A stretch of 64,000 nt of DNA from Patescibacteria group bacterium (GTDB taxonomy: Bacteria > Patescibacteriota > Gracilibacteria > UBA1369 > PNNO01): the NCBI GenBank assembly GCA_042568575.1, contig JBHPIO010000001.1, positions 1 to 64,000 of the forward strand. The letters are read 5' to 3'. The notes under the pieces were generated by a model, which saw only the letters and a program-made list of their open reading frames with translations, did no database searches and had not been told where the DNA came from. A program made the translations under genes and the position numbers. Of the stretch, positions 41,702-52,723 are shown piece after piece (the stretch's first letter is position 1; each line of letters opens with the position of its first letter).

Positions 41702-41814
41702 TTAAATTAAAAAATATTTAGAGGTATATATCAAATCGAAAAAATCCACTTAATTATATTCTTTTGTGATTTTTCAGTGAAGCAATTAGGGTTTACTAAT
41801 TGCAGAAATAATTT

Positions 41815-42501
41815 TTAATTCACACTTTTTGATGCAGAATGCATACGGTAGCCCATGCAGTACACGGTTTCTATAAGCCGCATCTTTGGTTTGTAATCAA
41901 TTTTTTTGCGAAGAGTATTTATGTGAACATCGACAGTGTGAGTGAACAAATTTGCGTTTCTGTCCCAGACGTTCTCGAGGATCTTTTGTCTGCTTAAAAT
42001 AACGTCGGTATTGCTCATCAGGTACTCCAAAAGCTGGAATTCTTTATTCCTCAAATAGAGTTTTTGCTCGAATCTTTTCACTTCTCTTGTTTGGAGATTT
42101 AAAGTGAGATCTGCAACTTTAAGAGTTTGTTTCTTTTTGGAGGATTGTTTTTTTAGAAGATATCTCTTTATTTCAAATGCCAAGGCTCTTACAGTAATTG
42201 ACTCAGGGTAAACATATAAAGGGAGACTTATATTAGGTGCAAGAAGATCTAATGTAGATTTGTTCGCAACAATAAAGAAAGGGTAATTCCGTGGGACTTT
42301 TTGTATCTTCTCTAGTTGTATTGATGGCAAGTGAATCTTTGATGGGAACTTGCAAACAACAGCATCATATTGATTTAGCAAATATTCGTCGTCCCAATTA
42401 TCATAAAATGATTTAGGATCGCTTTGGATATTCTCGTATTTAAGACCACGTGACAGGAAGGTCGCAGCCATTGTGTGTTCCGCAAGCACGAGAGCATACA
42501 T
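41815..42501 (-). CDS. OmpR/PhoB-family response regulator with a degenerate receiver domain
   Basis: C-terminal winged helix LRNKEFQLLEYLM...SRQKILENVW...TVDVHINTLRKKI..IETV..GY; start moved to ATG 42501. Confidence 0.85.
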   Translation of the reverse strand: MYALVLAEHTMAATFLSRGLKYENIQSDPKSFYDNWDDEYLLNQYDAVVCKFPSKIHLPSIQLEKIQKVPRNYPFFIVANKSTLDLLAPNISLPLYVYPESITVRALAFEIKRYLLKKQSSKKKQTLKVADLTLNLQTREVKRFEQKLYLRNKEFQLLEYLMSNTDVILSRQKILENVWDRNANLFTHTVDVHINTLRKKIDYKPKMRLIETVYCMGYRMHSASKSVN

Positions 42502-42641
42502 AACAACGTAGTAAGGAAGATAAGGATGACAATGATAATCAATTTTATGGATTAACAATGCATAACTCTACAAATTTCCCTTTTAAATAATGAAAATAAG
42601 GTTAAAATTGTGCTGTAACTATTTGAACAACAATTCATTAA

Positions 42642-43676
42642 ATGATTGAACTAAACGAACTAAGGTCATTATTGGTAGAAAATGGGATTCCTTCTTACAG
42701 GGCGAATCAGGTTCTGCATGCAGTTTATAAAGAAGGGAAAGCCAATTATGATGATATGAAAGTCTTGCCAGCATTTGTAAAAGAATACCTTGAAAAGAAC
42801 CTACCCGTTCTTTCAATTGAAAATGTAAAGGAGGAGGTCTCGTCGAATGGAAGTACGTATAAGGCTTTATTTAGATTGCATGATGGTAAGAAAATAGAAG
42901 CAGTCTTAATGCGCTTTAAAGACGGACGAAAAACAGTATGCGTTTCAAGTCAGGTTGGCTGCACACTAAAATGTAAATTTTGTGCAACAGGTAAAAGAGG
43001 TTTTAAGCGCGACCTCACTTATGAAGAAATCACAGACCAGGTTTTATATTTTCAACATTTACTTAAAAAAGAAGACTCACATGTTGGGAATATTGTATTT
43101 ATGGGAATGGGTGAACCCTTCCTAAACTATGAGAACGTCATGAAAGCAATCTCAATCCTAAACGATCCGGTCGCCTTCAACATAGGTTTGCGAAACATAA
43201 CAGTATCAACATCTGGAATTGTTCCGCAAATAGAACAATTTGCCGAGGATGCAGGACAAGTAAATTTAGCTGTAAGTCTCCATGCTCCAAACGATCAAAT
43301 TCGAACTTCGATTATGCCAATCGCAAAGAAGTATTCATTAGAAGAGCTAATGGCAGCATGCAAGGGGTATGCAGAAAAAACACACAGAAGAGTTTCGTAT
43401 GAATACGTAATGCTTAGAGGAGTCAACGATTCTGATTCCAATGCACACGAACTTTCAAGGCTGCTCCATGGGCAGCTTTGTCATGTGAATCTGATACCGT
43501 ATAATGAAACAAACGTTAAGGGGATGAAGGGTTCAACGAAAAGTCGCACAGAGGAGTTTAAGAAAATTCTAGAGCTGCATAAGATACCTGTCACAGTTCG
43601 CATCAGTCTTGGAAAAGATATCAAAGCTGCATGCGGCCAATTGGCAGGAAAATCCTCTTGCAATTCAGGGCAATAA
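42642..43676 (+). CDS. rlmN: 23S rRNA m2A2503 radical SAM methyltransferase RlmN
   Basis: CVSSQVGCTLKCKFCATG, FMGMGEP, SLHAP, AACGQL. Confidence 0.95.
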   Translation: MIELNELRSLLVENGIPSYRANQVLHAVYKEGKANYDDMKVLPAFVKEYLEKNLPVLSIENVKEEVSSNGSTYKALFRLHDGKKIEAVLMRFKDGRKTVCVSSQVGCTLKCKFCATGKRGFKRDLTYEEITDQVLYFQHLLKKEDSHVGNIVFMGMGEPFLNYENVMKAISILNDPVAFNIGLRNITVSTSGIVPQIEQFAEDAGQVNLAVSLHAPNDQIRTSIMPIAKKYSLEELMAACKGYAEKTHRRVSYEYVMLRGVNDSDSNAHELSRLLHGQLCHVNLIPYNETNVKGMKGSTKSRTEEFKKILELHKIPVTVRISLGKDIKAACGQLAGKSSCNSGQ

Positions 43677-43715
43677 GGAGAAGCATATAGGTACATATTA
43701 TTACTAACCAACTTA

Positions 43716-43994
43716 ATGATGGCTGATGATAACAAGGGGCAGGACGACAAGAAACGTAAAATTCAAGTTAAATTTGATGCAACTCAGGAAGCTGGCGTTT
43801 ACAGCAATGCGGTTTCTGTACACCTTAAGAAAAACGAAATGGTGTTGGATTTCGGGTATATTATCCCAAATGTTGATCCAACGACCATTAAGGTTGTAAG
43901 CAGAATCAATGTGACTCACGAAACAGCAGAGAGCTTTTTGAAGGTTCTTTCAAATGCAGTTCTAGATTGGAAGAATAAACAGAAAGAAGCATGA
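43716..43994 (+). CDS. DUF3467-like small protein
   Basis: GVYSNAV.V....NEMVLDF....P....KVVSRI. Confidence 0.8.
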   Translation: MMADDNKGQDDKKRKIQVKFDATQEAGVYSNAVSVHLKKNEMVLDFGYIIPNVDPTTIKVVSRINVTHETAESFLKVLSNAVLDWKNKQKEA

Positions 43995-44443
43995 AAGCAC
44001 TAATTCAGAGAGTAAAGGAGGCATCAGTCGTTGTTGATGGTGAGACAACAGGAGCCATTGAAAAAGGAATTTTAATCTTCCTTGGAATAACGCATGAGGA
44101 TGGACCTCGAGAAATAGAAGCTCTTGTTGATAAAATCGTCAATTTAAGAATTTTTGAAAATGATGGTAAGCGGATGGATTTTTCTATAAAAGATCTTGGA
44201 GGTGACTTATTAGTTGTTTCTCAATTCACTTTATATGGAAGTTTGAAAAAAGGCAGACGTCCTGATTTTGGTGATGCAGCAAATCCAGAGAAGGCTAAAG
44301 AGCTTTACAACTTGTTTGTAGAAGAGTGTCGGAAAACTGAACTAAAGGTAGAGACAGGGGAGTTTGCCGCAATGATGGATGTGTCACTTATCAACGACGG
44401 ACCAGTTACTTTTTTACTTGATAGCAAGGATTTGCTAAGATAG
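43991..44443 (+). CDS. dtd: D-aminoacyl-tRNA deacylase
   Basis: MKALIQRV, LRIF, VSQFTL, NDGPVT. Confidence 0.97.
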   Translation: MKALIQRVKEASVVVDGETTGAIEKGILIFLGITHEDGPREIEALVDKIVNLRIFENDGKRMDFSIKDLGGDLLVVSQFTLYGSLKKGRRPDFGDAANPEKAKELYNLFVEECRKTELKVETGEFAAMMDVSLINDGPVTFLLDSKDLLR

Positions 44444-44470
44444 CATTCGTTTAGACTTTAATTTTTAAAT

Positions 44471-45859
44471 ATGGCGCAAAAAGAGCAGGATTTAATGGAA
44501 AAGATAGTTTCACTTTGTAAACGTAGAGGATTTGTATTTCATGGATCAGAAATTTATGGAGGACTTGCAAATACATGGGATTTAGGGCCGCTTGGAAGTG
44601 AGCTTAAAAACAACGTCCTAAAAGCTTGGTGGAAATTCTTCGTTCACGGTCGTCGTGACATCGTAGGTATAGACGCGGCCATCTTAATGAATCCCAAAGT
44701 TTGGGAAGCGTCAGGACATGTAGATAGCTTTAATGATGCTCAGATTGATTGTAAAGAATGTAAGAAGCGCTTCAGGGCAGATCATTTAATTGAAGATGCT
44801 GTTGAGGATGCGAAAGTTGAAGGACTAAGCACAGATGAATTAAAGAAATTGATTGATGAAAACAACATCAAGTGCCCTAGTTGTGGAGCGCAAAATTACA
44901 CAGATGTTCGAACATTCAATCTCTTGTTCCAAACTAATATTGGTCCGGTTGCAAACGATTCAGAACCGATTTTTTTAAGAGGAGAAATTGCACAGGGTAT
45001 ATTTGTAAATTTCAAAAATGTTCTTGATACATCACGCAAGAAGATTCCTTTTGGAATTGCTTCTGCAGGTAAAGCTTTTAGAAATGAAATCACTCCTGGT
45101 AATTTTATTTTCCGAACTCTTGAATTCGACTTAATGGAATTTGAATATTTCATTAAAGAGGAGATGTGGGAAGAAAAGTTTGATTATTGGCTTGAAGAAA
45201 TGCATAAATGGCTTGAGCTAGTTGGTATTAGTAAAGAAAATACTCGAGTTCGTGAGCATACTGCCGACGAACTTTCACACTATTCAAAAAAGACAGTTGA
45301 TATCGAATATAAAACACCATTCGGATGGAAGGAACTGTATGGCCTTGCATATCGAACAGATTTTGATTTGCGAATGCATATTGAAAAAAGTGGAGCTGAT
45401 CTAAATTATTTCGATCAAGCAACGGGAGAAAAATATATCCCACATGTTATCGAGCCTACATTCGGGTTAAGTAGAACGTTATTGATGGTGCTTCTTGATG
45501 CATACAACGAAGAAGAAGTTGAAGATGCTAAAGGCAACAAAGAAACTCGTGTTGTACTAAAATTAAAGCCAGAAATTGCTCCATTTAGAGCGGCTATTTT
45601 GCCATTAATGAAAAAACCGGAATTACTAGAAAAAGCAGACGAAGTATTCGAATCACTTAAAGATAAATTCTCTCTCGATTTTGATATCACTGGAAGTATT
45701 GGTAAGCGATATAGGCGTCAGGATGAAATTGGTACGCCGTATGCAATTACAATCGATTACGATACTCTAGAGGATGACTCGGTTACTGTGCGAGACAGAG
45801 ACACGTTGAAGCAGGAGAGAGTTAAAATTTATGAGTTGGAAACCGTACTAACCAAATAG
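44471..45859 (+). CDS. glyQS: Glycine--tRNA ligase (homodimeric, eukaryote-type)
   Basis: [48 protein letters not shown]. Confidence 0.96.
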   Translation: MAQKEQDLMEKIVSLCKRRGFVFHGSEIYGGLANTWDLGPLGSELKNNVLKAWWKFFVHGRRDIVGIDAAILMNPKVWEASGHVDSFNDAQIDCKECKKRFRADHLIEDAVEDAKVEGLSTDELKKLIDENNIKCPSCGAQNYTDVRTFNLLFQTNIGPVANDSEPIFLRGEIAQGIFVNFKNVLDTSRKKIPFGIASAGKAFRNEITPGNFIFRTLEFDLMEFEYFIKEEMWEEKFDYWLEEMHKWLELVGISKENTRVREHTADELSHYSKKTVDIEYKTPFGWKELYGLAYRTDFDLRMHIEKSGADLNYFDQATGEKYIPHVIEPTFGLSRTLLMVLLDAYNEEEVEDAKGNKETRVVLKLKPEIAPFRAAILPLMKKPELLEKADEVFESLKDKFSLDFDITGSIGKRYRRQDEIGTPYAITIDYDTLEDDSVTVRDRDTLKQERVKIYELETVLTK

Positions 45860-45902
45860 TAATTTACAATTTTTTTATCTTCTTTTTACATGCGTATGAT
45901 AT

Positions 45903-46565
45903 TTGTTATGCATGAATTTACTTCCACGCGAGAAATTGCAACTATATGGGCCAAAACAACTGAATAATAGTGACTTGATTGCTATTGTCCTCGGTCATGC
46001 AACCAAAAAGGAGAGCGTTTTTGATTTAAGTAAGCGGTTATTGAAGGAGTATGGGCAAACCCCACTGCAATCAATGCAAAATGTAGCAGAATGTCAGAAA
46101 TTGTTTAAAATAGGACAGGCTCAGGCATCCAAAATTCTAGCTTGTTTTGAAATTGGCAGGCGTTTTTTTGGCAAGGACAAGACAAAAAACAAACTAACTA
46201 ATGCGCATGAAGTATTCTCGCACGTTAAAGATATGTTGGATCTCAAAAAGGAATATATTCGTGGACTTTATTTAAACACAAGGCATGAACTCATTTACGA
46301 CGAGGTATTATCTATCGGGACTCTTGAAAGCACATCTTTGCACCCTCGGGAAGTATTTTATCCTGCAATTCAAAGATATGCATATACCTTTATTCTAGTG
46401 CATAATCACCCCTCCGGAAACCCTGAAGCAAGCGAGGAGGATTTCTATTTAACTCAGGAGATAGTTAAAGCAGGGGATTTATTCAGAATTCCGCTACTTG
46501 ATCACGTTATTGTGTCGAAAAATGGGTACTACAGTTTTCAAGAGCATGGCACCCTTTCACCTTGA
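45903..46565 (+). CDS. radC: RadC family (JAB domain) protein
   Basis: PREKL, HPREVF, VHNHPSG, LLDHVI. Confidence 0.93.
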   Translation: MLCMNLLPREKLQLYGPKQLNNSDLIAIVLGHATKKESVFDLSKRLLKEYGQTPLQSMQNVAECQKLFKIGQAQASKILACFEIGRRFFGKDKTKNKLTNAHEVFSHVKDMLDLKKEYIRGLYLNTRHELIYDEVLSIGTLESTSLHPREVFYPAIQRYAYTFILVHNHPSGNPEASEEDFYLTQEIVKAGDLFRIPLLDHVIVSKNGYYSFQEHGTLSP

Positions 46566-46623
46566 GTTTTTGCCTTATTTTTGCTAAAATATATAGATTT
46601 AGATATAAAAACAAAAAACAAAT

Positions 46624-49161
46624 ATGTGGAATTATATTCTACAACATCCGTTCAGGACGCTTATAATTGTTGCTGTCCTCGTAATTTTATACAGATATGC
46701 AGTCTGGCTGTTTCGCTATTTGATACAACTACATTATGCGAAAAAGCTTACATACATGCGGATAACTCTTCCGCGTGAAGATACACAGAAAGATAAAGAC
46801 AAGCAGGTTGAAAAGGATTTTCGCGAAAAAATTGGTGTGATGGATCAGTTTTACAGGAATATTCATGAAATTAGAGAGCTTTCCATATCTAATCGTATAA
46901 GGAATTTCTTTCTGAATCTCGATGTAGTTTCCTTTGAAATGGTTGCGATGAGCAGAGAGGTGAATTTTTATGTAGTAACTTATCCTTTTTATCAGCATAT
47001 TATTGAGAAGCAGATTACTTCGTATTACCCCGATGCAGACATTCAATTAACTGAAGCATACACCGTTGATCCTCCAGGAAATAAACAAAGATGTTTCTTT
47101 GCACATTTAAGCAAAGACAGCTGGTATCCAATTAAAACTTACAAAAAAATTGAGAACGATCCGTTAAATGATATGACAAACGTTCTTTCCAAATTGGGCG
47201 ATAATGATAAAGCGGTATTCCAGTTTGTTGTAAGTCCACGTTCAGATAGATGGAGAAAAAAAGCTGAAAAAATGGGAACGAGACTTTTCTTAAATAAACT
47301 CGGAAAAGGATGGATACCAAAAATACCTGTACTTGGAACTTTACTTAGTTGGATATTTGGTATTTTCACGGGAATTGCATTCGGATATGATCGCATGAAG
47401 AAACAGTCTGCAAGTACGGGTGCTCCGGAAGGAAGCCAGTATGTACGTATGCTTCAAACTAAAGAGGAAGTGGCAAAGATGATTGGTGAAAAAGCCAGCC
47501 AGGTTGGATTTGATGTGACTGTCCGAATTATTGCATCTTCAAAAACAAGCAGCGATGCTTATAAGCTTGGAAACAATATGATCCTGGCGTTGAATCTATT
47601 TAAAGATGCTTCAATGAACTGGTTTCAGACAAAAAGATTATTTTTCATTGATTCAATCAATAATAAACTTATGCTTCATGCATTTAAGAACAGGCTGCAT
47701 AATTTTAAACCTTTCCCAATATTTAGTGAAAAAGAATCGATAATGGTTCCGGAAGAACTTGCTGGAATGTATCACTTTCCAAGCAGCCGGTATAATTACA
47801 CTCCAATTATTAAATGGCTTAAATATAAAGTTGTGCCAGCCCCTGTAGATACTCCGCAGGAAGGGATTTACCTTGGAGATAATGTCTATCGAGGAGCTCG
47901 AAAAAAGGTTCATATACTACGAGACGATCGAACAAGGCATCACTATATAATCGGAAAATCCGGTGCAGGTAAATCGGTATTTATTAGTTTTATGGCAAGA
48001 CAAGACATTAGAAATGGCGACGGAGTTTGTGTGGTAGATCCGCATGGCGATCTTGTTGAAGATATACTTCATTATATTCCGAAAGAAAGGGCGAAAGACG
48101 TAATTGTGTTTAATCCTTCAGATCAGTTGCGTCCAATGGGTCTTAATATTTTGGAGGCAGATACGCCTGAGCAGCAGGATCTTGCATCAAGTCAGGCCAC
48201 AGAAATTTTCATCAAACTGTTTGGTGATGAGATATTTGGACCGCGAATTCAGCACTACTTCAGAAATGCTTGTTTAACATTAATGGAAGATAAAGATGAA
48301 GGCGCAACGTTAATTGATGTACCTCGAATGTTCGTGGATAACGACTTTATGAAATACAAAGTTAAGAAGGTTAGAAACCCTGTTGTACGTTCATTTTGGG
48401 AACATGAGTACGCCAACACGGGTGAAAGAGAACGTCAGGAAATGATTCCGTATTTCTCTTCTAAATTCGGACCGTTTATTACTAATTCGATAATGCGTAA
48501 TACGATTGGGCAAACGAAATCTGCGTTTAATTTCCGTGAAGTAATGGATAAACAAAAAATCCTACTAATCAACCTTTCTAAAGGTAAAATTGGTGATTTA
48601 AATACGCAGCTACTTGGACTGATTGTGGTCGCCAGAATACAAATGGCAGCGATGAGTCGTGCCGATATGCCGGAAGATCAACGTAAGGATTTCTATCTGT
48701 ACGTGGATGAGTTCCAAAACTTTGCGACGGACAGTTTCTGTTCGATTCTTTCTGAAGCCCGAAAATATCATTTGGCGTTAATTATGGCGCATCAATATAT
48801 TAAGCAGCTGGAAAAGAAACAAGACACTTCTATCCGTGATGCGGTATTTGGTAACGTCGGAACCATGATGTCATTTAAAGTTGGTGCCGATGATGCCGAG
48901 TATATGGCGAAGGAATACGCACCTGTTTTGACAGAATCAGATGTGCTCGGAATTGCGAACTATAAAGCATACATAAAGCTAAACATTAAAAACTCAACAT
49001 CAAGAGCATTTTCGCTTGAAACTATTTACGATACAACTGGCAAAAACAAGAAGATTGCCGAGATCGTAAAAGAATATTCAAGAATGAAATACGGACGAAA
49101 GAAAGAGTTTGTTAATCAGGAAATTGCGGCTCGAATTGGTATTGATCTAAGTGAAGAATGA
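46624..49161 (+). CDS. CPR-type VirB4/VirD4(TraG/TraD)-like ATPase, paralog 2
   Basis: DRTRHHYIIGKSGAGKS, VDPHGDL, FGPRIQHYFRN, YVDEFQN, LSEARKY. Confidence 0.9.
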   Translation: MWNYILQHPFRTLIIVAVLVILYRYAVWLFRYLIQLHYAKKLTYMRITLPREDTQKDKDKQVEKDFREKIGVMDQFYRNIHEIRELSISNRIRNFFLNLDVVSFEMVAMSREVNFYVVTYPFYQHIIEKQITSYYPDADIQLTEAYTVDPPGNKQRCFFAHLSKDSWYPIKTYKKIENDPLNDMTNVLSKLGDNDKAVFQFVVSPRSDRWRKKAEKMGTRLFLNKLGKGWIPKIPVLGTLLSWIFGIFTGIAFGYDRMKKQSASTGAPEGSQYVRMLQTKEEVAKMIGEKASQVGFDVTVRIIASSKTSSDAYKLGNNMILALNLFKDASMNWFQTKRLFFIDSINNKLMLHAFKNRLHNFKPFPIFSEKESIMVPEELAGMYHFPSSRYNYTPIIKWLKYKVVPAPVDTPQEGIYLGDNVYRGARKKVHILRDDRTRHHYIIGKSGAGKSVFISFMARQDIRNGDGVCVVDPHGDLVEDILHYIPKERAKDVIVFNPSDQLRPMGLNILEADTPEQQDLASSQATEIFIKLFGDEIFGPRIQHYFRNACLTLMEDKDEGATLIDVPRMFVDNDFMKYKVKKVRNPVVRSFWEHEYANTGERERQEMIPYFSSKFGPFITNSIMRNTIGQTKSAFNFREVMDKQKILLINLSKGKIGDLNTQLLGLIVVARIQMAAMSRADMPEDQRKDFYLYVDEFQNFATDSFCSILSEARKYHLALIMAHQYIKQLEKKQDTSIRDAVFGNVGTMMSFKVGADDAEYMAKEYAPVLTESDVLGIANYKAYIKLNIKNSTSRAFSLETIYDTTGKNKKIAEIVKEYSRMKYGRKKEFVNQEIAARIGIDLSEE

Positions 49162-50342
49162 GAACACTAAATACCCAAAAACTCGTTGAACACATAAGGA
49201 ATACGAAGATTCTTTTGTATTCACTTGTTCTGGCTTTAATAATTGGGATGTTTGGACTTGGAAGCGGAATTAGAGATCTGTATGAGGAGCTTATAACAAA
49301 GGACTACCAGATTTCAGTTTTGACAGATGAGGTAGGGGAGCTTAGAGAAGAAAACACATACATGTATCAGAACCTTCTAGAAAACAGAGAGTTTTTAACA
49401 GAAAGCGTTGATGCGATCCAGAACTCGTTTGTTGGATATGTTGAAGGGAACGAATCTGAGAAAAACGAAATGCACGCGACATTCACGCAAGTTCAAACAG
49501 ACCTAGATGTACTAATAGGTGAAAAAGAAATAGCAATAGCAAGCCTGCGAGACCGAAATCAGCGCTTAAGTGAGGAAGTGGGATTTCAGGCATACTCGGA
49601 AGAAGTCGAAAATATTTTAATAGTTGGAAAAAACCAAGATCTTACAGATACGATTATTCTCGCAAGCATAAATCCCTCGCGTGAAACAGTTACACTAATT
49701 AGTATTCCTCGCGATTTGTATGTTAATGGCAGGAAGATTAATTCAATTTATGCCTCGCATGGGATTATCAAGCTTGAGAAAGATATACACATGATAACGG
49801 GCGCAACCATAGACAAACATGTGATTCTTGATTTTGCAGCATTCGAAAAGATTGTAGATATACTTGGTGGGATTGATCTGTATGTTCGTGAGCCTATTCA
49901 CGATAATGCTTTCCCAACAGCGGATAATGGATATACGGTTTATTCGATTGAAGAAGGTTCTCATCATTTGGATGGTGAGGAAGCTTTGAGATATGCGCGG
50001 AGTAGAAAGTCGACGTCTGATTTTGATAGAAGTAAACGTCAGCATCAGGTTATTCAGGCAATTCGTGTGAAATTGAAGATGTTGGATATTCTTGCCGACT
50101 TGGATAAGGCTATAGAAATTTATGAAACTGTAGTTGCAGGAATCGATACAAATATTGATGTGTTCGAAGCACTTTATTACATGGACAATTATCAAAATTA
50201 CGCTATTGAGAGCGGAAATGTGATAAGTAGTCAGAACTTTTTATATTCCACAAAATCGGTTAACGGCCAATATATCCTTTTGCCAAAGACCGGAGATTAT
50301 TATCAAATAAAGGAATACGTGTCCAATTTGATTAAAGAGTAG
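49158..50342 (+). CDS. LCP (LytR-CpsA-Psr) family glycopolymer transferase with coiled-coil stalk
   Basis: TDTII, SIPRDLYV, KINSIY, LDGEEALRYARSR, SDFDRSKRQ. Confidence 0.92.
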   Translation: MRTLNTQKLVEHIRNTKILLYSLVLALIIGMFGLGSGIRDLYEELITKDYQISVLTDEVGELREENTYMYQNLLENREFLTESVDAIQNSFVGYVEGNESEKNEMHATFTQVQTDLDVLIGEKEIAIASLRDRNQRLSEEVGFQAYSEEVENILIVGKNQDLTDTIILASINPSRETVTLISIPRDLYVNGRKINSIYASHGIIKLEKDIHMITGATIDKHVILDFAAFEKIVDILGGIDLYVREPIHDNAFPTADNGYTVYSIEEGSHHLDGEEALRYARSRKSTSDFDRSKRQHQVIQAIRVKLKMLDILADLDKAIEIYETVVAGIDTNIDVFEALYYMDNYQNYAIESGNVISSQNFLYSTKSVNGQYILLPKTGDYYQIKEYVSNLIKE

Positions 50343-50372
50343 GATTCAGGCATAATTGAGTGCGAAATAATC

Positions 50373-51005
50373 ATGTTAACTCTCTCACTCATGAAAAAAA
50401 TATTTCTACTTTCACTTGCCGCTCTTCTTTTTATGTCCGGATGTAACGGTGGTGATGATTTAAACGGTCATATCGATGTTCCTTCTGATATCGATATTAC
50501 GTATACAAAAGGAAATGCAAATGCGTCTGTTACGATTACCGAGTATAGTGACTATCAGTGTCCATTTTGTGCTCGTTTAACACTTGAAGTGCTTCCACTG
50601 CTACAAAACGACTATATTGAAACAGGGAAGGTTTTATTTGTCTTTAAAGACTTGCCGCTTCCAAATCATAGGGATGCACAAAAGGCCAGTGAGGCAACAT
50701 ATTGCGCGGGTGAACAGGACGAAGATAAATATTGGGAAATGCACGTGAAGCTATTTGAAAATCAAAAGAATTTGGCTAGAGAAGATTTATCTACTTATGC
50801 TGGAGATTTGGAATTGAACGTTGAGGCTTTCGACAGTTGTCTTGATGCTGACAAGTACAAGAACCTTGTTTTGCGAAATAGGCAGGATGGTTTAAAGGCT
50901 GGTGTTGAAGGAACTCCTACATTGTTTATAAATGATACTCCACTTGTTGGATTGCCTCAATACGATGCTTTAAAACAGGTTATCGAAACTGAGCTACGGA
51001 AGTAA
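50373..51005 (+). CDS. DsbA-family thiol-disulfide oxidoreductase lipoprotein
   Basis: Lipobox MSGC; EYSDYQCPFC; GVEGTPT. Confidence 0.92.
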   Translation: MLTLSLMKKIFLLSLAALLFMSGCNGGDDLNGHIDVPSDIDITYTKGNANASVTITEYSDYQCPFCARLTLEVLPLLQNDYIETGKVLFVFKDLPLPNHRDAQKASEATYCAGEQDEDKYWEMHVKLFENQKNLAREDLSTYAGDLELNVEAFDSCLDADKYKNLVLRNRQDGLKAGVEGTPTLFINDTPLVGLPQYDALKQVIETELRK

Positions 51006-51016
51006 ACTGCGATTTT

Positions 51017-51271
51017 ATGAAAAAACGAAAGCCAAAGTGGGATATGCTCTCTGACAAAAGGAGGCAAAAGTGCATAAACGATATTATTGGTTTTTTTGAG
51101 ACTGAGCGAGACACCAAGATAGGCGTTATTGCCGCTGGAGAGGTGCTTGATTTCTTCATGGAACAACTTGCCGAGGATATTTACAACAACGGCGTTGAAG
51201 ACGCTAAGAACGTCTTTAAAGGTAAGCTGGAGGATTTGGAGATTGACTTGGAGATGCTGGGAAGTGGGTAG
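51017..51271 (+). CDS. DUF2164-like small protein
   Basis: I..FF..ERD..IG.IAA..VLDFF..QL...IYN.GV.DA. Confidence 0.85.
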   Translation: MKKRKPKWDMLSDKRRQKCINDIIGFFETERDTKIGVIAAGEVLDFFMEQLAEDIYNNGVEDAKNVFKGKLEDLEIDLEMLGSG

Positions 51272-51315
51272 GGGGTGGGATTTGTCAGTTAACTTCCATA
51301 TTTTTAACATTTTTT

Positions 51316-51762
51316 ATGAATGAAAATATAACAATCTATATAGCAATCTATGGAGCCATATTATCCACTATTGTGCTTATCTGGAACATTATTAAATATT
51401 ACTTAGATAAAGGTAGAATGGAACTAAATTGTATGCTTGGTAATATCGTTGGCTATAGAGTCAATGATAAAAAGTTATACCTCACCTATACAGTCACTAA
51501 TAAAGGGAATAAACCAATAACGATAACTCATGCAGGAGGAATTTACGAGAATAAACAAAATTTTTTGGTTAATGCTACAGAAATCCCAAAGAAATTAGAG
51601 CATGGTGAATATGTTACTATCAAAACTCCTGATCTTGAAAATCTTAAAGATATAAAAAAACTATATGTTGTTAATTCATTAGGACAATATTGCTATCTAA
51701 AAAGAAAAAAAATTAAAAAATTAAAAGAAAGTCTTAAAAAATACGTCTTCGGTTCATCGTAA
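51316..51762 (+). CDS. Cassette-like hypothetical protein (N-terminal TM helix)
   Basis: IAIYGAILSTIV.IWN TM helix followed by a beta-rich domain. Confidence 0.75.
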   Translation: MNENITIYIAIYGAILSTIVLIWNIIKYYLDKGRMELNCMLGNIVGYRVNDKKLYLTYTVTNKGNKPITITHAGGIYENKQNFLVNATEIPKKLEHGEYVTIKTPDLENLKDIKKLYVVNSLGQYCYLKRKKIKKLKESLKKYVFGSS

Positions 51763-51829
51763 ATGCTCGTACGGTGTAGCACTTCGTGCTAACATTGTAT
51801 GAAACACACAAAATATTAATTCTTTATAT

Positions 51830-52561
51830 ATGTTAGAAAAATTTGGTCCTATAAAAAATCCCCTAACAATAATTGCTATTTTTGCTGGAATAGCAGAAGT
51901 TAGCGGAACAGCTATACTGCCATTTATTGATATTAATAACCAAAACATATTCATTGGGTTCTTAATTGTATTTCCATCAATTTTAGTAATACTATTCTTT
52001 CTTACCCTAAACTTTAATCATAAAGTACTTTATGCTCCATCAGATTATAAAAATGAAGAAAATTTTGTAAAAACACTCAAATTTGATTACAACAAATTAG
52101 AATTAAAAGAAACAAAAGAATCCAAACAACAAATTATGGAGAAGACAAAGTACGAAATCAGTATCTCAAATTTTGAAGATGCAGAAAGGCTAATTAACAT
52201 ATATAAATCACAAAATTTTCTTGCAAACTTATATATAGGTATAGGAGAAGGAGAGGATCCTGGAAATAATAGTATCCAGTCTGAACATGAGGCAATATGG
52301 CTTGGAGCTAATGTATCCGTTGGCGTAGCTGTTCCAGTAATTAAAATTGCGAAAAAGTTTTATCCACATCTCAAGTATATACACCTATCATCAAATATTG
52401 ATGGAAGTCCAGATTATATTCATGATCAAATTTTTATTGGAGGAGCCACTTCCGCTGCTAAAAGACTGCACTTGCATCAGATATCAAAAGAAGACTTTAA
52501 TAAATTAAATGAGAAAATGTCACAAGAAGATTTTCATAGTTTTATTAAAAAAATTAGCTAA
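51830..52561 (+). CDS. Cassette hypothetical 2-TM protein
   Basis: NPLTIIAIFAGIAEVSGT...FF.TLNFNHKVLYAPSDY N-terminal module. Confidence 0.8.
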   Translation: MLEKFGPIKNPLTIIAIFAGIAEVSGTAILPFIDINNQNIFIGFLIVFPSILVILFFLTLNFNHKVLYAPSDYKNEENFVKTLKFDYNKLELKETKESKQQIMEKTKYEISISNFEDAERLINIYKSQNFLANLYIGIGEGEDPGNNSIQSEHEAIWLGANVSVGVAVPVIKIAKKFYPHLKYIHLSSNIDGSPDYIHDQIFIGGATSAAKRLHLHQISKEDFNKLNEKMSQEDFHSFIKKIS

Positions 52562-52723
52562 TTTTTTGTGTGCATCATAATACAGTGCACTCTTTCGCTT
52601 TGTTCAATCGTTTATCCAAGTTTTCGATGCGGCTTTTTGTTTCGCTCATATTGTACAGCATCTCAAATTCGCATATACTACAACTGTTAAGTAGCATGTT
52701 TTTGGTCTCAAACAAATCAACTT

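Noticed and set aside
51262-51284. G-rich gtgggtagggggtgggatttg at the left edge of the array, resembling a duplicated tRNA-Met 3' end (att site)
   Set aside because: Only loose similarity to tggtggcaagggtggggatcg; low complexity; overlaps the DUF2164 stop codon
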